Shown here: piece after piece, positions 1 through 10,600 of the stretch
Layout of the letters: every line of letters starts with the position of its first letter
Position numbering within the stretch: position 1 is the stretch's first letter
DNA from: Actinomycetes bacterium
GTDB lineage: Bacteria > Actinomycetota > Acidimicrobiia > Acidimicrobiales > JABEUL01
Assembly: GCA_021852345.1 (NCBI GenBank)
Contig: JAJZNL010000036.1
Span: forward strand, 99,940-163,939
Length of the DNA stretch: 64,000 nt
Reading direction: 5' to 3'
Notes under the pieces: generated by a model
Told to the model about the DNA's origin: nothing
Database searches by the model: none
Seen by the model: the letters and a program-made list of their open reading frames with translations, nothing else
Program-made: the position numbers and the translations under genes

Positions 1-915
1 CGCCGTCGACGATTTCTCTTTGAACGTGAAGGAAACGACATTCGATTTCGTAGGGGTCTCGGTGCTCTATCAGGAACAAGGGAACTTTTGACAAAATCGA
101 CATTAGCCTTGTCGGCGGTTAGTCGTTTCGATGAGCCTGAGGTAAGGCTCTTTGCAATGTCACTTACTGAAATCAGCTCGGTCGGATTACGGAGAATGTC
201 ATTAAATCGTAGCTCGATAAATAAGTTCGGGTTTTACGCTACGGTGAGACTTTTGGATGACCGTGATTCCAGGTCATCTGCTCCGTCTTTATTTGGTGAT
301 CCCGACACTGTTCATCGTTGGACTCCCGACACTGTTTTGGCGCTGCTACGGTTCGCAGATCTGGGGGTCGAGGACGTACGGATCGACGACGATATTGATG
401 ATGAGAGCCAAGACGTAGGGTATCGTTCCCGCTATCGATACGAGAATGTGAAATTTATACATAGTCATCGGGGACAGGAAGTTCAGTTTGAAATTGAAGA
501 TGAGTCTGCGGGCACCCAGACTTGGTTTTCTATTATCGGACTGGTGCTGAGCGCTCTTCGAAGTGGTCAAATTCTCATATTAGATGAGCTTGATGCAAGT
601 TTGCATCCTAAGTTGTCAGTACAATTGCTCAAATTGTTTAATGACCCTGAAACAAATCCAAATGGCGCCCAGCTTATCTTTACTACGCATGACACGAGCC
701 TTCTTGGTCATTTAAACCGCGATGAAATATGGTTAACCGAAAAAGATGACCGTGGAGCGACTGCACTGACAGCTTTGGCGGAGTATAGCGGCGATAAGGT
801 GCGAAGATCGGTAAATCTTGAACGGGCGTACCTTCAAGGGAGGTTCGGAGCCTTACCGGATCTCGATCAATTTGCACTCCGTCGGGTTTTGGGACGTGAC
901 GCCGATGGTTTTTAA
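1..915 (+). CDS. RloA-like AAA_21/ABC-type ATPase (5' partial; frame is open from base 1)
   Basis: Signature-like ESAGTQ, Walker B LILDELDASLHP, H-loop QLIFTTHD and C-terminal YLQGRFGALP are typical of RloB-associated AAA_21 ATPases; no stop codon between 1 and 88 in this frame. Confidence 0.85.
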   Translation, partial: RRRRFLFEREGNDIRFRRGLGALSGTRELLTKSTLALSAVSRFDEPEVRLFAMSLTEISSVGLRRMSLNRSSINKFGFYATVRLLDDRDSRSSAPSLFGDPDTVHRWTPDTVLALLRFADLGVEDVRIDDDIDDESQDVGYRSRYRYENVKFIHSHRGQEVQFEIEDESAGTQTWFSIIGLVLSALRSGQILILDELDASLHPKLSVQLLKLFNDPETNPNGAQLIFTTHDTSLLGHLNRDEIWLTEKDDRGATALTALAEYSGDKVRRSVNLERAYLQGRFGALPDLDQFALRRVLGRDADGF

Positions 916-1544
916 TGTCTAGAAATCGCGAGAGCAATCTTAAGCGAGTAGTAGGAAAGCGCCAACCACGAAAGACTTTAATGATCTTCTGCGAAGTCAC
1001 GAAAACCGAACCGGAATACTTTAAAGCCCTTAAACGGCAACCATGGGTCCGTGATGTCGCATCCGTAGACCTACTGGTAGATACTTCGCGCGGAATGGAA
1101 TCTGTGCCGACTTCTCTTGTGCCACTCGCCATCAAAGTACGTAGTCAAGATCGTGATGAAGGCAATGAGATCGATGAATTCTGGTGCGTGTTTGACGTCG
1201 AATGGCCGGTTAATCATCCCGGGCTTATGGAAGCCTGTATTAAGGCCAAAAATAATGGGATTAAGCTTGCCATTTCTAATCCTTGTTTTGAGTTATGGCT
1301 GGCAATTCATTTTCAAGATCAGACTGCGTGGCTTGATAATGATCATGCATGCCGACTTATTCGGGTACTCGACAAATCTTACAGCAAGAAAATTGATGGA
1401 ACAAAATATATGCCCAATATACACGATGCCGCAAAACGAGCAGAAGACCTGGACAAATTGCATAAAGGCAATTCCACAGTGTTTCCAAGTGATAATCCAT
1501 CGTCGGGAATGTACAATTTAATTCGTACTATCAGTGAAAAGTAA
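915..1544 (+). CDS. rloB: RloB-family protein
   Basis: IFCE.TKTEPEYF, WCVFDVE and SNPCFELWLAIHF motifs; start overlaps the ATPase stop (TAATG). Confidence 0.85.
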   Translation: MSRNRESNLKRVVGKRQPRKTLMIFCEVTKTEPEYFKALKRQPWVRDVASVDLLVDTSRGMESVPTSLVPLAIKVRSQDRDEGNEIDEFWCVFDVEWPVNHPGLMEACIKAKNNGIKLAISNPCFELWLAIHFQDQTAWLDNDHACRLIRVLDKSYSKKIDGTKYMPNIHDAAKRAEDLDKLHKGNSTVFPSDNPSSGMYNLIRTISEK

Positions 1545-1680
1545 TATTAACTGACTTAAAAACCTAAGACTAAACAGTAAATATTTGGCTCAGGTCTTAA
1601 CGTATTTGGTTAAAATCGTCAGGGCTTAAAACTGTAAGCTATCTTCTAGATAGCCCTTAACATATCTAGCGAAATTGGCT

Positions 1681-1716
1681 AAGTTAGAGAACTAACATAG
1701 AGAACCAAGTTAGAGA
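1681..1716 (+). repeat. Three 10-bp direct repeats at 13-bp period (AAGTTAGAGA / AACATAGAGA / AAGTTAGAGA), candidate TnpA-binding sites at the IS left end
   Basis: Copies start at 1681, 1694 and 1707, immediately before the tnpA ATG at 1718. Confidence 0.6.
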
Positions 1717-1717
1717 T

Positions 1718-2359
1718 ATGCTTGTAAGCATTAAAGTGGCAGCCGAGGAATTGGGGGATCCATCCTGAAACTCTGCGCTGGTGGGAAAGAACGGGATAAA
1801 ATCTAACCTCTTGAACGTGCTCCTGGAGAAAAACTACGCTACGACCTCGCCAAACTGCATCACCTAACTCCGCATAAATCGCCTTCAGAACGTAGGACAA
1901 TTCTATATGCGCGAGTATCAACCAGTGGACAAAGAGAAGGACTTGGTACGCTAGCGAGCGCTACTGGAGAGTTTTGCCATCGCCAATTAATGGGCATACG
2001 AAGTGATCGAAGACGTAGGCTCAGGACTCAATTACAATAAGCGTAGGCTTCGCCTGCTCATCTCGCGCATCTGTTCAGCAGATGCGAGCCGGCTGGTACT
2101 CAGTCACAAAGACAGGTTGTTACGTTTCGACTCGAAGCTGGTATTCTCTCTCTGCAAGCACTTTGATGTCGAGGTAGTCATTATCAATGCATCCGCCGAG
2201 TCTACGTTTGAAGACTGTCTGGCGCAAGATGTAATCGAGATCGTAACGGTGTTCTCTGCTCGTTTGTACGGTTCTCGAAGTCATAAGAACCACAAAGTAA
2301 TGGAGGAGCTGCAACAGCCGACAAGCCAAGTGGCTTCTATAAATGACTCACTCCTGTGA
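1718..2359 (+). pseudogene. tnpA: IS607-family serine recombinase TnpA (MerR-type HTH + resolvase), broken by frameshifts and stops
   Basis: Reconstructed across frames: MLVSIKVAAEELG-IHPETLRWWE, ERAPG..RYD, ILYARVST.GQ (catalytic Ser at 1918-1920), EVIEDVGSGLNY, HKDRLLRF, AQDVIEIVTVFSARLYGSRSHK; frameshift in the G5 run at 1753-1757 plus further shifts and in-frame stops. Confidence 0.9.
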
Positions 2360-2807
2360 TACGATAACTATGATGAGACGTACCGCCAGACTTGCCACAA
2401 TTCCGCTCAATACGAACAAGATTGCTTATATTCGTAACCTGGAGCGCACCTACGCAGACGCCAAGGATCGCTTTCTTCTCGCTCTCGCCCCTACAACCAT
2501 GTGGCACCACCTCTCAAACAAGCGATCATTTCGTGACTGGGCAAAAGTGAATGACCTCTATCCCGCCGGGGTGAATGTGCATCTTCTAGACCAGGCGGCA
2601 TTTGATGCGGTAGATACCTGGGTAAGACACATCGAGTCTGTAATAGCCATCTCCAGACTGAAAGCGAAGATCTATTGCAGATTTAAAAACGATGCCAGAC
2701 ATTACGCCTACTCTGTGTTGAAGTCCTATACGGACATCGGAATGTTGCTTCGGAGAGAAGTACCAGAAAGAACGAAGATCCCCGTCTCTGTCAAGGAGAG
2801 AGAATAG
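2343..2807 (+). pseudogene. Probable N-terminal fragment of an IS607-associated TnpB-like accessory protein
   Basis: Overlaps the tnpA 3' end as IS607 second genes do; basic N-terminus (RRTARLATIPL); ends at TAG with no RuvC or zinc-finger motif. The call rests on position, not on a recognised motif. Confidence 0.5.
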
Positions 2808-3524
2808 GAGGCACTAACAGGGATCAACCTCAATATATGGTTTTAGCGAAATAGCTTAGAAAATTGTAAGACGGTACTTCAATTAAGCACCACAATGACG
2901 CTATCAATGCAAATGGGATCAGGCTCTGATTGCTTTTCATGACGGCGACGAAGCAGTCAAGCGAAAGAAGACTCGCATCCAGCTTAATAAATGGACTTGA
3001 CGGCGACGAGCGGCGGCATATAATTTGAGCAAAGAGCCTGATCCGATGCTCCTTTATGATGAACGTAGTTCCGTGCTCATTTAATGAGCGAATAAAACCA
3101 TTTGAATCTATAGATCGGCTGATAATTCTACCGCCATAGAACCGCATTTAACGTATGATTCACTAACAGTGCCGACTCGCTGATTCCGGTTCATGCGGTC
3201 AAGAACCGGGGAGACTCAGCGGCTGGAGAGCGATCCAAAAGGATGCTTAGAGATGTCTAGGTATTCTAAAGCGGATCAAGAATTTGAAGAAGGCAATGTA
3301 CCATACCGATAAAACCGATTTCTGTTAGATGCGTTAGAGAAATAAGTGAAAAATTGAAATAGTTCGACACGCATCCTTATAAAAACATGCCTAAGTGTAT
3401 TTAACGGACAAACAAATTGACACTTTCGAGTAATAAGAGGGTTAAAATTAATAACGGTCATTCAACTGTTATTTCCAAATTTTGGATGCAGTTCGGTAAA
3501 ATCTTATTTTAAATAAAAATTAAA

Positions 3525-4925
3525 TTGCGTAATTCCCCAAAAGTCAATATCGATATCAAACAGCAATCAGGGAAAATCAAAAGTTATTGGATCCAAACAT
3601 TGGGTTGTCCCAAAAATCAGGTTGATTCCGACAAAATAGAGTCAGGATTCAAGAATAACGGTTTATTGAAATCGTCCAGCGCAAAAGATGCAGACTTAAT
3701 TGTCGTAAATACATGCGCATTCATTGAAGAAGCCAGAGAAGAATCAATTGAAACTATCTTCGATTTGGTTGATAAAAAAAAGCAAGGGTCAAAAATAGCT
3801 GTAACTGGGTGTATGGCAGAGAGGTATACTCAACAACTCAAAAAAGAGTTAAAAGAGGTAGATCTAGTCGGAGGTTTTGGTACTGACATATTATCGGCAT
3901 TCGCGACAACCGAAAATTCGTCAAAAACGGTGGTTTCCAATATTTCACGGTTACCAAAACTTGATCTTTTAAATTTGACTAGGGTTAATCTTAAACCCAA
4001 ACAGCCCTGGACTTACATCAAAGTTGCCGAAGGCTGTGACAAAAATTGTGGTTTCTGTGCTATTCCTTCGTTTCGCGGAAGACAAGTATCTAGACATCCG
4101 AATGTGATATTAGACGAAATAAATCATATGGCACCAATAGAAGCCATATTGATCGCACAAGATATTGGTTCTTACGGGAAAGATATAGCTGACGCCAAGG
4201 CACAAGGAATAAATTTAAAGAATCTTTATAAGAGTGCGTCTGAATTGGTTCCGTGGGTTAGGGTGTTTTATATCTATCCGACCAGCTTGACAACATCGTT
4301 GATTGAGATGATGGCAAGTAGCCCAGTTCCATATTTTGACTTGTCTCTGCAACATGCGTCTCAAGGGGTATTAAAGTCCATGCGACGATATGGGTCGATG
4401 GAAAAGTTTTTGGAAAAGATAAAATTCATTCGTTCGTTAAATCCCGACGCTGTGTTCAGAACCTCCTTTTTAGTCGGCTATCCGGGCGAAACTGAAAACG
4501 ATCACGATATATTGCTTCAATTTGTCTTGGAGGCACAACTGGACTGGGTCGGATTTTTTACGTTTTCGAGAGAGAAGGGAACCCTCGCCGACACAATGTT
4601 GAATCAGGTTAGTCCAGAGTTAGCCAAAGAAAGGTTGAGGGAGGTAAAGTCAATTCAGGATGACATAACTCTGTCAAAGCGAAACGACCTTATCGGCACT
4701 ACAGCTACCGTATTGTTGGATAGTCCGACTACAGGTAGATCCTACCGAGAAGCTCCTGAAATTGATGGCTTAATAAAGATAGTTTCCGATGTAAGTGGTG
4801 AGGAGTTGAATGGTTCAGACAAATTCGCAAACAAGTCTATGGACAAAGTGCTCAAACCTGGAAGCTTCGTAAAGGTTAAAATTGTGGGATCTCAGGGGGT
4901 TGATCTGATTGCGGTCGCTATATAA
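3525..4925 (+). CDS. rimO: Ribosomal protein S12 methylthiotransferase RimO
   Basis: TLGCPKNQVDS, VNTCAFIEEAREES, radical-SAM CDKNCGFC, C-terminal TRAM-like domain with APEIDG; upstream of pgsA. Confidence 0.92.
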   Translation: MRNSPKVNIDIKQQSGKIKSYWIQTLGCPKNQVDSDKIESGFKNNGLLKSSSAKDADLIVVNTCAFIEEAREESIETIFDLVDKKKQGSKIAVTGCMAERYTQQLKKELKEVDLVGGFGTDILSAFATTENSSKTVVSNISRLPKLDLLNLTRVNLKPKQPWTYIKVAEGCDKNCGFCAIPSFRGRQVSRHPNVILDEINHMAPIEAILIAQDIGSYGKDIADAKAQGINLKNLYKSASELVPWVRVFYIYPTSLTTSLIEMMASSPVPYFDLSLQHASQGVLKSMRRYGSMEKFLEKIKFIRSLNPDAVFRTSFLVGYPGETENDHDILLQFVLEAQLDWVGFFTFSREKGTLADTMLNQVSPELAKERLREVKSIQDDITLSKRNDLIGTTATVLLDSPTTGRSYREAPEIDGLIKIVSDVSGEELNGSDKFANKSMDKVLKPGSFVKVKIVGSQGVDLIAVAI

Positions 4926-5175
4926 GTCAACATATCTTAGTGTGATGTTGAAATTAAAAATTCAAAGTTGTACAAATCAATCCTGCCACAGTGATAAAAC
5001 GGTTTGAACTTAGAAAGCTCACAGAAACAACTTTTTAAATCTCACATTCGTTTGGTTCAAGTTTGAATATACCTTTAAAATTATGGTTATATTGCGTTTG
5101 CGGTACTAGTATTAATAGAGATAAAAATTAATTCATAGCCTTCATCCCTAACTTAATTTACGTAAATTTTTTGCA

Positions 5176-5766
5176 GTGACTTCATCGGACAGACTCTCCC
5201 ATCAAAACGACGCCGAACATAGCTTCGGTCCTACCGCTCTATTGACACCCGCTAATTTGTTGACTCTGTTGCGAATTGTTTCGGCTCCGCTTGTAATCTA
5301 TTTGATTGTCAAATATAATACCAGCTGGACACTTATGGGGATATGGGCGGTTGTGTCATTTTCGGACGGTTTGGATGGTTATGTCGCAAGAAGGATGGGC
5401 GCGACAAGGTCGGGTGCATTTTTAGATCCCTTGGCAGACAAGTTTGCCGTCATGGGTGCACTTTTTGCCTACGTCTACGTCGGAAGAATTAATTTAATTG
5501 TCGCAGTTTTAATATTTACCAGAGAAGTTGCAATGAGTATCTATAGAACGGTAATGGGAAAACATGGCGTGTCGATACCGGCGAGATTTACTGCAAAAGT
5601 TAAGACTTTCGTTCAAGACTCAGCCATTGGTTTGGCAACCATGCCGATATTGTTTAAATATAATTACGTTATTACTGCAGCAATTCTTTTGGCGTTGGCG
5701 CTGACACTTTATACAGGAATTGAATATTTCATGGATGGTATGAAGGCTTCAAAATCAAGCAAGTAG
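5176..5766 (+). CDS. pgsA: CDP-diacylglycerol--glycerol-3-phosphate 3-phosphatidyltransferase
   Basis: PANLLTLLRI; D-G-x2-A-R-x8-G-x3-D-x3-D motif (DGLDGYVARRMGATRSGAFLDPLADK). Confidence 0.93.
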   Translation: MTSSDRLSHQNDAEHSFGPTALLTPANLLTLLRIVSAPLVIYLIVKYNTSWTLMGIWAVVSFSDGLDGYVARRMGATRSGAFLDPLADKFAVMGALFAYVYVGRINLIVAVLIFTREVAMSIYRTVMGKHGVSIPARFTAKVKTFVQDSAIGLATMPILFKYNYVITAAILLALALTLYTGIEYFMDGMKASKSSK

Positions 5767-5788
5767 ATCAAGGATATTATTAGGTAGT

Positions 5789-7063
5789 TTGGTGAGAACT
5801 GAAATCTTAGCTATTGGGACTGAAATTTTGCTCGGGCAGATTGTCGATACAAATTCAGTCCATATTGCACAGGAGCTGTCCGACAATGGTATATATCTTT
5901 ACGGGACTTCGACGGTAGGTGACAATTTAAACAGAATTGTTGAATCTATGAGATATTCATTGTCCAAATGCGACGCGTTAATTGTTACGGGGGGATTGGG
6001 TCCGACTCAAGATGATATAACCAGACAAGCTGCATCCATAGTTATGGGTGTTGAACTTGAACAAGATCCGCAGCTAGTAAACATCATTGAAGGTTTTTTT
6101 AAAGCTAGAAACAGACAAATGCCAGCTAATAATCTTCTTCAGGCTTTAGTTCCCAAAGGTGCTTCATATATCGAGCAGAGACAAGGAACGGCACCTGGCT
6201 TAATCTGCGGTATCGGAAATAAAGTTATGTACTGTCTGCCGGGCGTACCGCACGAAATGAAAGAGATGCTTTCTCGTGCAGTGATACCTGATTTGCTTCT
6301 CCGAGATGGCGAAAAATGGGCGGTGAAGTATTCAAACATCATGACTTGGGGAATGAGTGAATCGGCCATAGCAGCTAAATTATCTGAAGAATTCGATCGT
6401 TTGGAAAGAATGCAGCTTGAAAATGAACTAAATACTCCTTCAATTGCTTTTTTGGCCAACTTGACAACTGGAGTAAAAGTTAGGATTTCCGTCAGCGGCC
6501 AAAACACGCCAGAGCTAGACATCGCTCTAAACAACGAGGTTTCTAAGATATCAGAAATTTTAGGAGACTGTGTGTTTTCTACAACAGGTGAATCAATCGA
6601 AGACGTAGTAAAAAACACATTTATTTCGAGAAACTTAACTTTGAGTGTTGTCGAGTCTTTAACTGGCGGACTTATCGGATCCCGGTTGGTTGGCGTTCCC
6701 GGAACGTCTTTCTACTTTAAAGGATCATTGGTAGCTTACCAATCTGAAATTAAACATTCAGTCCTAAAGATTAAGTCTGAATCCGTAGTTTCCGCACTGG
6801 CAGTAAACGAAATGGCAAAGGCGGGGTTGAGTCTGTTTGATAGTGACGTATGTTTGGCAATAAGCGGAGTGGCCGGACCCGATTCACAAGAGGGCAAAGA
6901 ACCGGGAACAGTATACATTGGGCTTTACTGCCACGGTGACAAGCTGAGTACGGTTAATGTCGAACCAGTTGAATTAAAATTGTTCGGAACCCGTGATTCA
7001 ATCAGACAAATTGCTGCAACAAGTGCTCTTGATCTGCTGAGAAAGCGAGTAGGATTAATTTAA
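5789..7063 (+). CDS. cinA: Competence/damage-inducible protein CinA (MoCF-biosynthesis-like domain + PncC domain)
   Basis: IGTEILLGQIVDTN, GGLGPTQDDITR, LPGVPHEM, ESLTGG, SGVAGP motifs. Confidence 0.93.
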   Translation: MVRTEILAIGTEILLGQIVDTNSVHIAQELSDNGIYLYGTSTVGDNLNRIVESMRYSLSKCDALIVTGGLGPTQDDITRQAASIVMGVELEQDPQLVNIIEGFFKARNRQMPANNLLQALVPKGASYIEQRQGTAPGLICGIGNKVMYCLPGVPHEMKEMLSRAVIPDLLLRDGEKWAVKYSNIMTWGMSESAIAAKLSEEFDRLERMQLENELNTPSIAFLANLTTGVKVRISVSGQNTPELDIALNNEVSKISEILGDCVFSTTGESIEDVVKNTFISRNLTLSVVESLTGGLIGSRLVGVPGTSFYFKGSLVAYQSEIKHSVLKIKSESVVSALAVNEMAKAGLSLFDSDVCLAISGVAGPDSQEGKEPGTVYIGLYCHGDKLSTVNVEPVELKLFGTRDSIRQIAATSALDLLRKRVGLI

Positions 7064-7647
7064 AATAGGGTAAAATTTAAAAGTTGTGACGAAGCTAATC
7101 TACAGAATAAGCGGTTGTGGCGCTTAATTCATAATCGTAAGAAGTTGTTGTTTTTTTGCGATATTAAGATTTTATGCAAAGGCCGTCTTTTTTTTGATCT
7201 TGACCCAACAAAAGATTGAATCCAAAAAAACTAGATCAAAGCAAAAAACATATCTATAATATTGAACCTTTGACTTCTGGTCTTAGCTGATGTAGTGGTC
7301 ATTGTCTGAACTACTAATCTGTTCACTTTTTTCTGGCGACCGTTAAAGAACGGCTTAATAATTCTAAGATTCGATCCAATTTTAGGCAGAACGTGTCGCT
7401 AAATTGGATAAATCGCCGATATTATCACGGTCGAATTAAAAAGGTGGAAAATGTCATCGATAAACGATCTAAAATTTTACTAAATGCTTGAAAGCTACAG
7501 CCTGTCTTCCTAAAATTTAAGGACAGCTAAACATTTCGGTAAGAAATTTACGAAATGTTCTTGCTTTAGACTCAGAAGTTAAGGGGTCGCTTTGCCGATA
7601 GTTTAGTGCTATGTATATAATTTAAATAAGTTGAAAGGATATTTGGG

Positions 7648-10600
7648 TTGACTTCTTCTCGAAACGGATTCGTTCACCTACACACTCACACCGAATATTC
7701 GATGCTTGACGGCGCTGCTCGTATAAATGACTTGGTGCGGATAGCAAAAACCGACGGCCAAATCGGAATAGGTATCACCGATCACGGTAACATGTACGGC
7801 GTTCTGGATTTTTATAAGGCCTGTAGGGCAAATGACATTAAACCAATAATTGGGATAGAAGCCTATATGGCTAGGGACTCGAGATTCGAAAAACCACAAA
7901 GAAAGCCACGTAGCGAATTAATGGATGACTCCGCTGACGGAGGCAAACTTTATTATCACATGACCCTACTTGCCGAAAACAACGAGGGATATAAAAACTT
8001 AATGAAGCTCTCTTCCAAGTCCTACCTTGAGGGTTATTACTATAAGCCTAGAATTGATTTCGAGGTTTTATCACAGTATTCGAAAGGAATCATAGCAACT
8101 TCAGGTTGTTTAGGAGGTCTTGTCCTCCAGTCGTTGCTTGTCGGTGATTCTGAATCCGCTAAAAAATATGCCACTACGTTTCAGGATATCTTTGGCAAAG
8201 AGAACTTTTTTATTGAAATCCAAGATCACGGAATTGACAAGCAAAAACAGACTAATCCTCAACTGATAGAACTAGCACGGAAAATCGGTGCTCCGTTGTT
8301 GGCGACCAATGATTCTCATTACTGCAGAAGAGAAGATTCCAGTTCGCACGACGCTCTTTTGTGTGTGCAGACAGCGTCATTCATCTCTGACACCAATCGA
8401 CTTAAATTTGACGGAAGCGAACATTACCTAAAGTCAAACGATGAAATGCGGGAGTTGTTTGCCGAAGTCCCCGATGCATGTGATAATACTCTTGTTATAG
8501 CAGACAGAGCTTCGGTCGAAATAGAGTTTGGACGAGCAAATTTGCCGCATTTTAAAGTACCGAGCAACTTTGTCTTAGGGGATCAGTCTGAATCTGAAAA
8601 GAGTTATTTGAGGCATTTGGTTTTTGAAGGAGCGCGCGCAAGATACGGTGATTCGGTGCCCGAAGAGGTTGTTTCAAGGTTGGACTACGAGCTTTCGGTC
8701 ATCGAAAGCATGGGATTCAGCTCCTATTTTTTGATTGTTTGGGATTTAATCAGGTTCGCCCGGGAAAGTAAAATTAGAATAGGACCTGGACGCGGGTCTG
8801 CGGCGGGATGTTGCGTTGCCTACTGTTTGAAAATAGTAGATATCGATCCGATCAGGCATGGGCTCTTTTTTGAACGTTTTCTAAATCCGGGACGTAAACA
8901 GATGCCCGATATCGACATGGATATTGACGATCGCTACAGATCGGACATGATTAAGTACGCATCTTCGGTCTACGGAGAAGATCATGTTGCTCAGATTATT
9001 ACGTTTTCAACAATTAAAGCCCGAGCGGCTGTGCGGGATGCAGCAAGGGTTTTGGGATTTCCTTACTTTTTGGGCGATAAAATAGCTAAGCTGATGCCGC
9101 CGGTTGTAATGGGTAGGGATACGCCATTATGGGCATGTTTCGAGGAGGTTCCCGAACATATTGATGGCTATAAGGCGGCCAAAGATTTAAGGAATCTTTA
9201 CGAAACCGATTCTGAAGCAAAACAAGTTATTGAAGTAGCCAAAGGGTTAGAAGGCCTATGTCGTCAGGACGGTATCCATGCAGCCGCAGTGGTAATTTCA
9301 GGTGAAGAGCTTACAGAATATCTTCCTATTCAGCGTAAACCGGACAGTTCTCAGGATGCAAGTTCGGCACCAATAGTAACTCAATATGAAATGCACGGTG
9401 TTGAAGAGCTCGGGCTGTTGAAGATGGATTTCTTGGGTTTAAAAACCCTCGGAGTCATCGACAAGGCATTGGAAAACATCGAGTACACCTCAGGACAGAA
9501 AATAGATATCATGTCTGTTGCCTTAGATGACGAAAAAACATACGAAATGCTTAGGAAGGGCAACACCGCCGGCGTGTTTCAACTCGAATCTGGCCCGATG
9601 AAAACGTTAATTAGAAGGCTGTCGCCGACCCGATTTGACGACGTGGCGGCATTGGTGGCTCTATATCGGCCGGGTCCCATGGCTGCCAACATGCATCATG
9701 ATTATGCTGACAGGAAGAACGGTGTTCAACCTATTACCTATCCGCATCCAGATTTGGAGGAATTGCTTAAAGAGACTTACGGACTGATGATTTATCAGGA
9801 ATCAATTATGCAGGTAGCTCAAAAGTTTGCTGGCTATACATTGACAGAAGCTGATAATTTGAGAAAAGCTTGCGGTAAAAAGGACAGGGAATTAATTCAA
9901 GCCGAACGACAGAAATTCGTTCAAGGCTGTATCAAAATCGGATATGGTGAAAGAATCGGAACTGAACTGTTTAATATCATCGAGCCGTTCGCCGACTATG
10001 CATTTAATAAGAGTCATTCGTACGGTTACGGACTTATCGCATATCAAACCGCTTGGCTCAAAGCAAATTATCCCGAAGCGTTCCTGTCTGCTATTCTAAG
10101 TTCAGTAGCTGACGATAAGGATAAAACGGGCTTCTATTTGGCAGAATGCAGGGACATGGGTATTAAGGTACATGTCCCTGATATTAATACTTCTGCGGCA
10201 GACTTTACTCCGAAAAATTATCCCGACAAGGAAATATTGTTTGGTTTAACTGCAATTAGAAATGTTGGAGAGCAACTTGTGGAGCGCATAATTAAAGAAC
10301 GTGACGCAAACGGCGAGTTTAAAGATTTTTTGGATTTTTGTACTAGGGTCGATTCGACTGTTTTGAACAAAAGAGCGTTGGAATCTTTAATTAAAGCAGG
10401 TTCTTTCGATTCCATGGATTATACGAGACAGGGCCTTCTGGTAAGTTATGAAAAGGTCGTGGATTTAGTTGTCGCAAAAAGGAAAGACAAAGAAAGCGGA
10501 ATGACTTCTTTGTTTGATGACCCCGAGATGTCAGGTTCGATTATGGATGTTTCCGTGGAGATTCCCGATATTGAATTTGACAGGCGAGCATTATTGAATT

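Larger units (their letters stand above)
1676..3260 (+). mobile_element. Degenerate IS607-family insertion sequence (boundaries approximate)
   Basis: Contains an IS607-type tnpA pseudogene overlapping a second, truncated ORF; direct repeats lie just upstream of tnpA; a related TTAGAGA motif and hairpins lie near 3170-3255. Confidence 0.7.

Noticed and set aside
2884-2925. KHHNDAINA as a Cas9/IscB RuvC-III-like motif
   Set aside because: It sits in a short stop-bounded frame with no other IscB or Cas9 motifs; likely coincidence
2830-3147. 105-aa minus-strand ORF
   Set aside because: No recognisable motif or RBS; the plus strand looks more like a decayed gene
3276-3461. 61-aa minus-strand ORF
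   Set aside because: Short, AT-rich, no motif; cannot be supported
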